Assembly (NCBI GenBank): GCA_031364845.1
Contig: JANLWX010000051.1
Coordinates: 1-32,104 of the forward strand
Origin: Candidatus Eiseniibacteriota bacterium
Lineage (GTDB): Bacteria > Eisenbacteria > RBG-16-71-46
Direction of reading: 5' to 3'
DNA: 32,104 bases
In this document: positions 9,366 to 18,251 of the stretch, in pieces
How positions within the stretch are numbered: position 1 is the stretch's first letter
How the letters are laid out: every line of letters begins with the position of its first letter
Translations under genes and position numbers: made by a program
The notes under the pieces: generated by a model
What the model was told of the DNA's origin: nothing
The model's input: only the letters and a program-made list of their open reading frames with translations
Database searches by the model: none

Positions 9366-10240
9366 AGAACGCCCGCGTGATGCGTGTGCTCTCGGCGCTG
9401 CTGCTCTGTGTTCAGACCGCGGGCAGCGTGATTCCCGCGCGTGCTCAGGCGCCTGCCGCGGCGACCGATTCCACGATCGTCGCGCCGACAGACACGACGT
9501 CTCTCGTGACGCCGCTGGCGAGCGTCGCGGATTCCACGGCCGCCCATGCCGCGGCCCTCGAGCGCGCGCGAGAGATGCTGCGTGACGGCGACTACGACCG
9601 CTCGATCGAAGTGCTGAAGGGCGCGCTCGAGCGCGCGGGCTCCGATCCCGAGCGTTTGCGCGAGACGTATCTGCTGCTGATCAAGACCTACGTGTTCCTC
9701 GGCAACGATCTCAAGTTCAAGCCGCAAGGCCGCGAAGCCTCGAACCTGAACTATCAGGAGGCGCGCCGTCTGATCGCCGAGTGCCTCGGACGCCGCGAGC
9801 TGCGGCACATGTATCCCGAGCCCGCGTCTCAGTACCCGCCCGAGATGGTCACGTTCTTCGCCGAGACGCGCCGCAACATCTTCGGCGCGTTCCGCGTGCA
9901 GGAAGTCGTACCCGCGACCGCACTCGTGCTGCTCGACGGCGACACGCTGCGCACGCTGCCCGGCGAAACGCAGATGGGCGACGTCGACATCGCGACCGGC
10001 GAGCACGTGGTCGTGGTGAGCGCGCCCGGTTTCAAGGAGACGACCGATCGCATCACGATCGCTCCCGACGTCACGCTCGAACGCAGCTACCGCCTGGTCA
10101 AGCGCAAGGGCGGCATGTGGTACGCGACGCGCGGCGCGGGGGCGCTGGGCCTCGTGGGCGGCGTGATCGCCGCGATCGCGAGCCGCGGCGGCACCGGGCC
10201 GACGGCGGCTCCGCTGCCAAGCGCACCCGACCCGCCGTAG
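9362..10240 (+). CDS. Exported TPR-like/PEGA-domain protein with C-terminal Gly-rich hydrophobic helix
   Basis: ATG 9362 overlaps the upstream stop (ATGA). Signal peptide ending PARA|Q, helical TPR-like segment (ALERAREMLRDGDYDRSIEVL), PEGA-like ALVLLDG...GEHVVVVSAPGF, then GAGALGLVGGVIAAIA and a Pro-rich tail. Confidence 0.8.
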   Translation: MKNARVMRVLSALLLCVQTAGSVIPARAQAPAAATDSTIVAPTDTTSLVTPLASVADSTAAHAAALERAREMLRDGDYDRSIEVLKGALERAGSDPERLRETYLLLIKTYVFLGNDLKFKPQGREASNLNYQEARRLIAECLGRRELRHMYPEPASQYPPEMVTFFAETRRNIFGAFRVQEVVPATALVLLDGDTLRTLPGETQMGDVDIATGEHVVVVSAPGFKETTDRITIAPDVTLERSYRLVKRKGGMWYATRGAGALGLVGGVIAAIASRGGTGPTAAPLPSAPDPP

Positions 10241-10244
10241 ACGT

Positions 10245-12185
10245 TCAGTTCTTCTTGCCGAACAGGCGCTGCAGCAGCGGCTGCTTCACGCTCGCGCCCG
10301 CTTCGAGCCGCACGAACTCGTCGAACGCCGAAGCGAACAACTTCGAGCGCCCGCCTTCGGTCTCGGCGAGATTGCGGCTCTCGAGTTCGGACAGCACGTG
10401 GCGCAGCGCATCGGGCAGGCTCTTGCCGGTGGCGACGCGCAGCACCGTGCTGCGCTCGTGCTCGTCGAATCCTTCCCAGATGTAACGGAAGTGGAGCCGC
10501 GCCTCCTCGTAAAACCTCCGGCGCACTTCCTTGAAATCGGGCTCGCTCGTTTCCGGATGCTCGTCGAGATATTCGATCGCGTGCGAGCACGCCATCTGGA
10601 TGAAGAACGGAAACCGCCCGGCCATGTCGATGATCGTGTCGGCATACGCGCCGAGCGGTTTGCCGACGCGCTCCGACGGCACCTTGATCAGCGTCTCCGC
10701 TTCGTCGCGCTTGAATACCGAAACCTGAAGCGCCGAGAAAATGTTGAAGAACGGCGAGTCGGAGATCTCCTTGGTGTGGCACAGCTGCTGAAGATCGCGC
10801 TCGGAGGACGTGAGGTAGGCCACGTTGAAGTGGTTCGCGAGATAGCGCAGGAACGAGAAGAACTCGAGCGTGAAGTTGGCGTTGGTGGTCACGGTCTCGA
10901 ATTCGTCGAGCACCAGCACCAGCCGGAAACCTCCGCTGTCGAGCCGCTGCACCAGGTCGCGCACGCCATCGAGGTTGTGCGCACAGCCGGTCAGATCGAT
11001 GCGACCGCGCAACTCGAGTTCGGCGATGCCGATCAGCGTGCGCACGAACGTCTCCATCGACATGCCGGTGTCGCGCTGCAGATCGAGGAACACCATCACC
11101 ATCTTGTCGGGGTGCTCGAGGAACTTCTGGCGATTCGCGCGGCTGTAGACGTAGTTGAGCAGCGACGACTTGCCGATCTTGCGCTGGCCGACGACCGAGA
11201 TCGATCCCGGCGGAGTGGCGTTGAAGCGCGCGTAGATGCGCTTCACTTCCTGGCTGCGGCCGAAGAAGTCGTCGGGGTGCTTGATCATGGTGCGGTTGAG
11301 GAACGGATTGCGCGGCGTCTCGCGCGGCCCGAGCTGCGGGGTGCCGATCGGCCCCGACGCCTTCTGGACGTCGGGCCGCGAGACGAGTTCCGCGAGCGCG
11401 CGCTCGACTTCGTTCATCGACGCGGGCCGTTGCGCGGCCTCCTTCGAGAGGCAGCGGGTGACGAGTTGGACGAGCGGCGCCGGGCAATCCGGAAGATAGT
11501 CGGTCAGCGGTTCCGGAGTGCGCTGGGCGATGTTGTACATCATCGACATCGGATGCTCGGCGCGGAACGGATGCACGCCGGTCAGCGCCTCGTACAGGAT
11601 GACGCCGATCACGAACACTTCTGAAGAGGGCGAAGCCTCGCCGTGGTTCAGTTGCTCGGGCGACAGGTACGCCATCGTGCCGACCAGCATGCCGGCGGAA
11701 TCCATCGATGGCATCGCGCCGATCGTTTTCGCGAGCCCGAGATCGAGGATCTTGGCGACGCCGTCTTCGAGCACCATGATGTTGTTGGGCGACAGATCAC
11801 GATGCAGCATGCCCATGCCGTGGATCGCACCGAGCCCCGCGGCCACCTGGCGCATGATCTCGACGATCCGCAAAGCCGGCGGGCGTTCGGCTTCGACCAC
11901 CGCACGCAGCGTGCGGCCGAGCACGAACTCCATCGCGATGTAGGGACCATTGGCACTGCTGCCGAGCCGGTAGATGTGGACGACGTTCGGATGATTCAGG
12001 CTCGCGAGGCTCTTGCCTTCGGCCATGAAGCGGCGCATGTCGCGTTCGGCGATCGGCCCCTGGCGCAGCATCTTGAGCGCGACCGTGCGGTCGAGGTCCA
12101 GTTCGGTGCACCGATACACCACGCCGAACCCGCCCTCGCCGAGCACGCCGTCGATCCGGTAGCCATCGATGACGGTACCGATCAT
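10245..12185 (-). CDS. Hanks-type Ser/Thr kinase fused to a STAND/AAA-like P-loop ATPase
   Basis: Kinase motifs GEGGFG, VALK, HRDLSPNN, DLG, YLSPE. ATPase motifs NPF...FFGRSQE, Walker A GQRKIGKSS, Walker B LVLVLDEFE, AGRFP (GxP-like), and a helical C-terminus. Confidence 0.9.
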   Translation of the reverse strand: MIGTVIDGYRIDGVLGEGGFGVVYRCTELDLDRTVALKMLRQGPIAERDMRRFMAEGKSLASLNHPNVVHIYRLGSSANGPYIAMEFVLGRTLRAVVEAERPPALRIVEIMRQVAAGLGAIHGMGMLHRDLSPNNIMVLEDGVAKILDLGLAKTIGAMPSMDSAGMLVGTMAYLSPEQLNHGEASPSSEVFVIGVILYEALTGVHPFRAEHPMSMMYNIAQRTPEPLTDYLPDCPAPLVQLVTRCLSKEAAQRPASMNEVERALAELVSRPDVQKASGPIGTPQLGPRETPRNPFLNRTMIKHPDDFFGRSQEVKRIYARFNATPPGSISVVGQRKIGKSSLLNYVYSRANRQKFLEHPDKMVMVFLDLQRDTGMSMETFVRTLIGIAELELRGRIDLTGCAHNLDGVRDLVQRLDSGGFRLVLVLDEFETVTTNANFTLEFFSFLRYLANHFNVAYLTSSERDLQQLCHTKEISDSPFFNIFSALQVSVFKRDEAETLIKVPSERVGKPLGAYADTIIDMAGRFPFFIQMACSHAIEYLDEHPETSEPDFKEVRRRFYEEARLHFRYIWEGFDEHERSTVLRVATGKSLPDALRHVLSELESRNLAETEGGRSKLFASAFDEFVRLEAGASVKQPLLQRLFGKKN

Positions 12186-12188
12186 TTC

Positions 12189-14363
12189 TTATCGCCCTCC
12201 TTCGGGTCTGCGCGTGATGGCGTTCTTCGAGAAATCATACGTCGCGCGCTCGCCCGAGCGTACCGCGACCGTGTGATCGATCGTCTCACCCGAGACGAGG
12301 ATCACACGCACGGCGTGGCTGCCGGGCGGCAGTGACCGCGGCCCTGAATTCTGCACGTTTTCGACGACGAGTGCGCCATCGACATAGATCTGAGCGGGAA
12401 GATCGCCGAGCACGACCAGCACACCCGGAGCCTCGCGGTTCAGCGTGAGATGCAACTGGCGCGTCGCGTCGGTGACGACGAGCGTGGTTTCGGCGTCGTT
12501 GTAGCCGTCGCGCGCCGCGCGGAACACGTGGCGTCCGAGCGGGAGCGAGGCCGTCACCGGTGCGGTGCCGCGCGCGGTTCCGTCGACGCGGATCTCGCCG
12601 CCACCGGGTTCGGTCGTGACCAGCATCGAAGCGGTTCCCATCTCGAGCACGAGCGCCGAGGTCGTCACGGTGTTGGCGGCGACCGACACGTCGGCACGCG
12701 CGACTCCGTAGCCGTCGCGCGAGGCTTCGACGCGATGGGTGCCTCTGACCGCGAGCCCGCGCACGGTGAGCGGACTCTTGCCCGCGACTTTGCCATCGAT
12801 CCGCACCTCGGCGCCGGGCGGTGTCGTTTCGACCCGCACGTCTCCGATCAGCGACCTCAGTGCCACGCGCACCGTCACCGTGTCGCCCTCGGCGATCTGC
12901 GTGCTGATCACGGTGTCGGCGAAGCCGGTGGCGGAGAACTCGAGCTTGTGACTACCGGCGGCAATTCGATCGGCGAGTGCGCCCAGCCCGACGCGTGTTC
13001 CGTCCATGCGCAGGACCGCATCGTCAGGCTCGACCGCGAGGATCAAGAACCCGCCGGCGCCGGGCGCGAGCACGGCAGGAGTGCTCTGCGGCGCGCGCAT
13101 CAGCCTCGGCACGATGATCAGCGCAGATGCTCCCATCAGGCCGACTGCGACCGGAAGAATCTTGCGCCATCGCGCGGCCGGCTTGCGGATCGCGAGCCCT
13201 TCTTCGCGCATGACCTGCCACACCGAATGCTGGCGGCGGATCCACAGCCGCCACAGGTCCATGCGAAACGCGTAGGCCGGCGTCGTCTCGGCGTCGCTGC
13301 GCAGCAGCATCTCGCTCTTGTAGAGCTTCTCGAGCGTGGTCGCGGTGCGCGCGACGTCGAGCTCGAGCGGATACTTCTGCTTCTTGAGATGCCGCAGCAG
13401 CGCGTCGACGCTCGCGTATCCTTCACCGTTCTCGACGCACTCGGCGAGCAGCGACAGCACGAGCTTGTCGTCGCGCTCGAGCCCGTCCCACAGAAAGATC
13501 ATCTGCGGCAGCGGATTGTTGATGATGCCGTCGACCACTTCCGCGATCTGCGCGATGTCGGCCACGCGCGCGTGCCGGTCGTTCAGATGATCGACCAGAC
13601 TCTGGCAGATCGCCTGCGTGTAGAACGGCTGACCCGCGGTCATGCGAATGATCGCTTCGACCGCGGCGTCTTCGTAGTCGAGCCGGCCCGCGACCGGCTG
13701 GCGGATCAGGTTGAGCGCATCATCGTGCTCGAGATAGCTGACCGTCTTGTAGCCCGACTTGCCGAGGATGCTCCAGTAGTCGCGGCGCCGCTGCTCGAGA
13801 TGCTGCGAGCCGGTGAACACCATGAACACCGAGGCGTTCTCCATCAGCGCGGCGAGGATGTTGAGCACGTCCTCCGACAACAGGCCGGCGTCGATCTTGT
13901 TCTCGAACAGCTCGTACTCATCGAACAACAGAATCAGCTTGCGCCCGGGCTGCGCGCGCAGGCACTGCTGCACGAAGCGCGCGAATATCGTCGAGCGGGA
14001 CGATTCGCCGCTGAAGTCCGGCGATGCGATGCCTTCGACGCCGGTTCCGATGGCCGTGAGGATCTCTTCGGAGACGCGCATCAGGAATTCGGCTTCACTG
14101 CCGACCGCCATCGACTGCATGTCGATCAGCACCGGGATGAACGCGGGTCCGAGACGGTGGTCCAGGATCTGGAACAGGATCGATGTTTTGCCGCTGCGCC
14201 GTTCGCCGCAGAACACGAGCAGGCCGCCGTGCTCCGAATGCTCGAAACGCTTGCGGATCAGGTTGAACTCCGCCTCGCGCCCGAAGAACATCGCCCGTCC
14301 CCGCACCGGATTGCCCACGATGTAGGGGTTGGGACTGATCGGAGTGAAGGCAGCGTCGTTCAT
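12189..14363 (-). CDS. STAND/AAA-like ATPase - transmembrane helix - four PEGA-like domains
   Basis: NPYIVGNPV..FFGREAE, Walker A GERRSGKTS, Walker B LILLFDEYE, TAGQPF. TM segment ILPVAVGLMGASALIIVP follows the basic RWRK. PEGA repeats include TTPPGAEVRIDG..GKSP and TEPGGGEIRVDG..GTAP. Confidence 0.9.
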   Translation of the reverse strand: MNDAAFTPISPNPYIVGNPVRGRAMFFGREAEFNLIRKRFEHSEHGGLLVFCGERRSGKTSILFQILDHRLGPAFIPVLIDMQSMAVGSEAEFLMRVSEEILTAIGTGVEGIASPDFSGESSRSTIFARFVQQCLRAQPGRKLILLFDEYELFENKIDAGLLSEDVLNILAALMENASVFMVFTGSQHLEQRRRDYWSILGKSGYKTVSYLEHDDALNLIRQPVAGRLDYEDAAVEAIIRMTAGQPFYTQAICQSLVDHLNDRHARVADIAQIAEVVDGIINNPLPQMIFLWDGLERDDKLVLSLLAECVENGEGYASVDALLRHLKKQKYPLELDVARTATTLEKLYKSEMLLRSDAETTPAYAFRMDLWRLWIRRQHSVWQVMREEGLAIRKPAARWRKILPVAVGLMGASALIIVPRLMRAPQSTPAVLAPGAGGFLILAVEPDDAVLRMDGTRVGLGALADRIAAGSHKLEFSATGFADTVISTQIAEGDTVTVRVALRSLIGDVRVETTPPGAEVRIDGKVAGKSPLTVRGLAVRGTHRVEASRDGYGVARADVSVAANTVTTSALVLEMGTASMLVTTEPGGGEIRVDGTARGTAPVTASLPLGRHVFRAARDGYNDAETTLVVTDATRQLHLTLNREAPGVLVVLGDLPAQIYVDGALVVENVQNSGPRSLPPGSHAVRVILVSGETIDHTVAVRSGERATYDFSKNAITRRPEGGR

Positions 14364-14471
14364 CGGGGTCTGGGGCTCCTGAGGCGCGGGAGGGGATTGA
14401 GCGCCACAGTATCGGATCCGGATGCGGCAAGCTCAAGGTGGCGGTCCCGACCTGCCGATAGACCAGACATC

Positions 14472-15686
14472 ATGTCCGACATCTACCTCGCCCGTCAGCC
14501 GATCTTCGACCGCACCGAGGCCGTGATCGGCTATGAACTCCTGCATCGCTCGGGCCCCGAGAACGTCTTCGCGCGCATCGACAGCGATGTCGCATCGAGC
14601 CAGACCGTGGACCGGGCGGCGATGGGGGTGGGGCTCGATGAGCTGACCGACGGGCGCCTCGCGTTCGTCAACGTCTCGCGACGGGTGCTGGTCGAGGAGA
14701 TCTACACGCTGCTGCCCACGCAGCGCACGATCATCGAACTGCTCGAGAACGTGGCCCCCGATCCCGAGGTCTTGAAAGCCTGCTATCGGCTCAAGGCTTA
14801 CGGATACAAGCTCGCGCTCGACGATTTCGTCGGCGATCCGCGCTACATCGAAATGCTCGCCCTCGCCGACATCGTGAAGATCGATGTGCTCGACGAGTCG
14901 GCGCCGCGCGTGCTCAAGATGGTGGCACCGATGCGCGAACGCGGATTGCGGCTGGTGGCCGAGAAGGTCGAGACGCACGAAATGCATCGCGCCGCGATCG
15001 ACAGCGGCTACGACCTGTTCCAGGGCTACTTCTTCTGCCGGCCGCAGATGGTGCAGACGAAGGACGTGTCGCCCACCAAGCTCAACGCCATGCGCTTCCT
15101 GAGCGAAGTGGTCCGCGAGGACGCGTCGTTCGAGCGGCTCGAAGAGATCTTCCGCCAGGAAGTCTCGCTGTCGACGCGGCTGCTGCGCTATCTGAACTCG
15201 GCGGGCCTCGGCTGGACCAGCGAAATCACGTCGCTCAATCACGCGCTGCGCCTGGTGGGTCTCAAGCAGCTCCAGAAGTGGGGTGCGATGATGTGCGTGG
15301 TGACTCTCGCGGCCGACCAGCCGCAGGAGCTGGCGTCGGCAGCGCTCGCGCGTGCGCGCTTCTCCGAGCAGCTCAGCGGCGTGATGGGGCAGGCCGGTCA
15401 CGAGCTCGACCTGTTTCTCACCGGGCTCCTGTCGCTGATGGATGCGATGGTGGGGCGGCCGCTCGCGGAAGTCCTCTCGAGCATGACGATCTCCGATCAC
15501 GTGCGCACCGCGCTGGTCCAGGGCGGCACGCCGCTCGCCAACGTGCTGACGCTGGTGACCGCGTACGAGCGCAGCGACTGGCAGCAGGTGCAGGGCATTC
15601 TCGACGCCGGCGATCTCGAAGCGCGCCGCGTGCACGACGTCTACACCGAGTCTCTGCGCTGGGCGCGTGAGGCAGCGGCGTTCTAG
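14472..15686 (+). CDS. EAL and HDOD domain protein (putative c-di-GMP phosphodiesterase, YuxH/CdgJ-like)
   Basis: True start is probably ATG 14472 (MSDIYLARQPIFD). EAL motifs YELLHR, FVN, IIELLE, ALDDF, IVKID, AEKVET, FQGYFF, followed by HDOD motifs LLRYLNSA and LFLTGLLSLMDA. Confidence 0.9.
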   Translation: MSDIYLARQPIFDRTEAVIGYELLHRSGPENVFARIDSDVASSQTVDRAAMGVGLDELTDGRLAFVNVSRRVLVEEIYTLLPTQRTIIELLENVAPDPEVLKACYRLKAYGYKLALDDFVGDPRYIEMLALADIVKIDVLDESAPRVLKMVAPMRERGLRLVAEKVETHEMHRAAIDSGYDLFQGYFFCRPQMVQTKDVSPTKLNAMRFLSEVVREDASFERLEEIFRQEVSLSTRLLRYLNSAGLGWTSEITSLNHALRLVGLKQLQKWGAMMCVVTLAADQPQELASAALARARFSEQLSGVMGQAGHELDLFLTGLLSLMDAMVGRPLAEVLSSMTISDHVRTALVQGGTPLANVLTLVTAYERSDWQQVQGILDAGDLEARRVHDVYTESLRWAREAAAF

Positions 15687-15759
15687 AGCGGGTGCCGGCG
15701 AATCGCGAGCGATTTGGCCGCAATCTTGTAATTCCCCGATCGCGCCCATAAGCTCGCCG

Positions 15760-16911
15760 ATGACCTTTTCCGAACTCGGCGTCGCACCCGACCTCATCGC
15801 CGCCCTGGCGAAGCAGCAGATCACCGAACCCACCGCCATTCAGATCGCGGCCATTCCAGTGCTGCTCGAGGGCAAGAACGCCTATCTCCACGCCGAAACC
15901 GGCACCGGCAAGACGCTCGCCTATCTGCTGCCGCTATTCACGAAGCTCGAGGTGAACCGCCCGACTCAGGTCGTCGTCGTGGCGCCCACGCACGAACTCG
16001 CGATCCAGATCCAGCGCCAGTGCACCGATCTCGCACAGCATTCCGGATTGCCGATCCGCGTGCTGCTGCTGATCGGTGGCACGTCGATGGACCGTCAGAT
16101 GGACAAGCTCAAGAAGAAGCCGCACGTCGTGGTCGGCTCACCGGGGCGCATCCGCGAGCTGATGACCATGGGCAAGCTCAAGACGGAGGCGATCGCGAGC
16201 GTCGTCATCGATGAGGCCGACCAGCTGCTCGGCAAGGAACAGCTCCCGACGATCCGCGCGATCATCCAGGCCGTGCCGCGCGGGCGGCAGCTGATCTTCG
16301 CCTCGGCCACACAGCAGCCCGAGAGCGCCGAAGCGATCGCGCGTTTTGCGCCGGAGCTGGTCATGCTGCAGACCGGTGCTGCGCCGGTGAACGAGAACAT
16401 CGAGCATTTCTATGTGATCTGCGAAGAGCGCGAGAAGCCCGACGTGCTGCGCAAGCTGCTGCACGCGCTGCGGCCCGAGCGCGCGATGGTGTTCGTCCAT
16501 CGGAACGAAACCGCCGAAACCGTCGCCGCGAAGCTCACGCACCACAAGATCCCGGTCGCGGATCTACATGCCGCGTTCGACAAGATCGGCCGCAAGCAGG
16601 CGATGGACGACTTCCGCAGCGCGCGCGTGCAGGTGCTGATCGCATCCGACGTCGGCGCGCGGGGACTCGACATCGCGGGCGTCTCGCACATCTTCAATCT
16701 CGACGTGCCGACCCAGAGCAAGGCGTATCTGCATCGCGTCGGGCGCACGGCACGCGCGGGGGCTTCCGGAGTCGCGATCACTTTGATGACCGCCGGGGAA
16801 GCGCGGCTGGTGCGCCGCTACGAGAGCGAGCTGGGGATCGCGATGAAGCAGGTGCGGTTGAGGGAGGGGCGGTTGGTGGAGGTACGGACAACTGTCCCCG
16901 GGGACAGTTGA
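15760..16911 (+). CDS. DEAD-box RNA helicase (core only, no C-terminal extension)
   Basis: Start is probably ATG 15760 (MTFSELG). Q motif PTAIQ, AETGTGKT, PTHELA, SPGR, DEAD, SAT, ARGLD, HRVGRTAR. Confidence 0.92.
   Translation: MTFSELGVAPDLIAALAKQQITEPTAIQIAAIPVLLEGKNAYLHAETGTGKTLAYLLPLFTKLEVNRPTQVVVVAPTHELAIQIQRQCTDLAQHSGLPIRVLLLIGGTSMDRQMDKLKKKPHVVVGSPGRIRELMTMGKLKTEAIASVVIDEADQLLGKEQLPTIRAIIQAVPRGRQLIFASATQQPESAEAIARFAPELVMLQTGAAPVNENIEHFYVICEEREKPDVLRKLLHALRPERAMVFVHRNETAETVAAKLTHHKIPVADLHAAFDKIGRKQAMDDFRSARVQVLIASDVGARGLDIAGVSHIFNLDVPTQSKAYLHRVGRTARAGASGVAITLMTAGEARLVRRYESELGIAMKQVRLREGRLVEVRTTVPGDS
16889..16910. repeat. 22-bp perfect palindrome, copy A (REP-like)
   Basis: CAACTGTCCCCGGGGACAGTTG. 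It overlaps the last codons and the stop of the helicase gene. Confidence 0.9.
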
Positions 16912-16996
16912 ATGGCCGATCGACTAACCAGCCTGCGCTTAGCAGAGTCAACGTCTCCATGACGCTGAGCGAGTTACGCTCGCAAGGGATACCGTC

Positions 16997-17890
16997 TTGC
17001 TACCCACACGAAGTCTGAGTCGCCAGTTAGTTACACAAGTACTGCTAGGCATTACTGCGTTTGCCGTGGTTGTATTGGCCAGTTGCTCGCAACCAGTCCG
17101 CGCTCCCGGTATCGATCAGGGATTCGACTACTCGCCGGCGTGGTCGCCAGACGGGAACTCCATAGCGTACGTCCATTCTCCGGCAAGGTCAGAATCCGCC
17201 GAGAAGCAGGGAATTTATGTAGTGCGCCTTGATTCATTGCGGCGCACCCAGATTTCAACACGGTTTGTCCGAAGCGTCGACTGGTCGCCGGACGGGCGCT
17301 CAATACTTTTCGATGCGCCTGATGGCCTATACCGAATGGCTGCGAATGGCGACTCAGCACGCAGGATATTTGACGGAACGGCATACTTCCCCGAGTGGTG
17401 TCCCGCGGCGGACACAATCGTCTTTGACGACATAAGCGACATCTGGCTCATCCATGCGGACGGTGGTATCCCACGCAAACTCGGGCACATTCGTGGTCGT
17501 GATCCCTCATGGTCTCCCGATGGAGAGAGACTCGTGCTATTGAGTGCCTATCCCGATGCATCGGGCGAGGAACTCAGCATTGTCGGCGTCCGCGATACAT
17601 CAGTGCGGCGCCTGACACACAATGATCACGAGGATCGTTCCCCATCCTGGTCGCCAACCGGAAACGAAATAGCCTGGAACAAATGGCCTCGCAGCAACGG
17701 CAGTGTCCGACCAGAAGTCTGGCTCATTGACACCGCCGGCGTCGCTGAGCAGAAGGTCCTTGTTGCCGAAACTGACATCAGTTGGTCGCCCGACGGACAG
17801 AGCATCACATTCGTCAAGACAACAAGCTCAGGGCCACGAGTATTCACGGCGAGCCGGACCGGTTCTCAGCTACGTCAAATCACATTCTAG
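16997..17890 (+). CDS. TolB-like PD40 beta-propeller lipoprotein
   Basis: Hydrophobic signal ending in lipobox LAS|C. Repeats PAWSPDG, VDWSPDG, PEWCPAA, PSWSPDG, PSWSPTG, ISWSPDG. Start codon uncertain (TTG). GC is lower than in the neighbouring genes. Confidence 0.85.
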   Translation: MLPTRSLSRQLVTQVLLGITAFAVVVLASCSQPVRAPGIDQGFDYSPAWSPDGNSIAYVHSPARSESAEKQGIYVVRLDSLRRTQISTRFVRSVDWSPDGRSILFDAPDGLYRMAANGDSARRIFDGTAYFPEWCPAADTIVFDDISDIWLIHADGGIPRKLGHIRGRDPSWSPDGERLVLLSAYPDASGEELSIVGVRDTSVRRLTHNDHEDRSPSWSPTGNEIAWNKWPRSNGSVRPEVWLIDTAGVAEQKVLVAETDISWSPDGQSITFVKTTSSGPRVFTASRTGSQLRQITF

Positions 17891-17942
17891 CGATTGTCCG
17901 TGCGGCCTAGCTCAACTCCACCGAATCGTCGAGTCTCGGCTA

Positions 17943-17964
17943 CAGCTGTCCCCGGGGACAGTTG
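17943..17964. repeat. 22-bp palindrome, copy B
   Basis: CAGCTGTCCCCGGGGACAGTTG. 17942-17969 matches 16888-16915 at 27 of 28 positions, including the trailing AATGG. Confidence 0.9.
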
Positions 17965-18251
17965 AATGGGTTGCCCCCGTGACCGCGGAAATTTTTGGAT
18001 TTCAGTAAGAGCATGCTTGACGGCTCCGCGAGGGCGTTCTTCCGAAACCCGGCACTCCCTTTCGGAACGCGTCACTGAGCCCCAGGATTCGCCGCTCGCG
18101 TGGCTCGACTCCCTCGCCCAAAAGAACTTTCGCAACATGTCTCGCAACGCTATCTCTGCGGCTCACCGTGCGCTGAAAATGCGTGCGTTAGAATCAATGC
18201 GTGTTCATCGCCCCCGCGACCGGATGCATCGTCATCATGCGCGGAGGGGTC

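Noticed and set aside
12450..14471. 1078-aa fusion containing EAL-HDOD
   Set aside because: The upstream part is antisense to the ATPase-PEGA gene. EAL homology starts at ATG 14472.
17910..17967. Integron attC site (GCTCAAC ... GTTGAAT, 58 bp) after the PD40 gene
   Set aside because: The R boxes fit the consensus, but the would-be L boxes are not complementary, the GTTGAAT belongs to the 22-bp palindrome, and no integron integrase is present.
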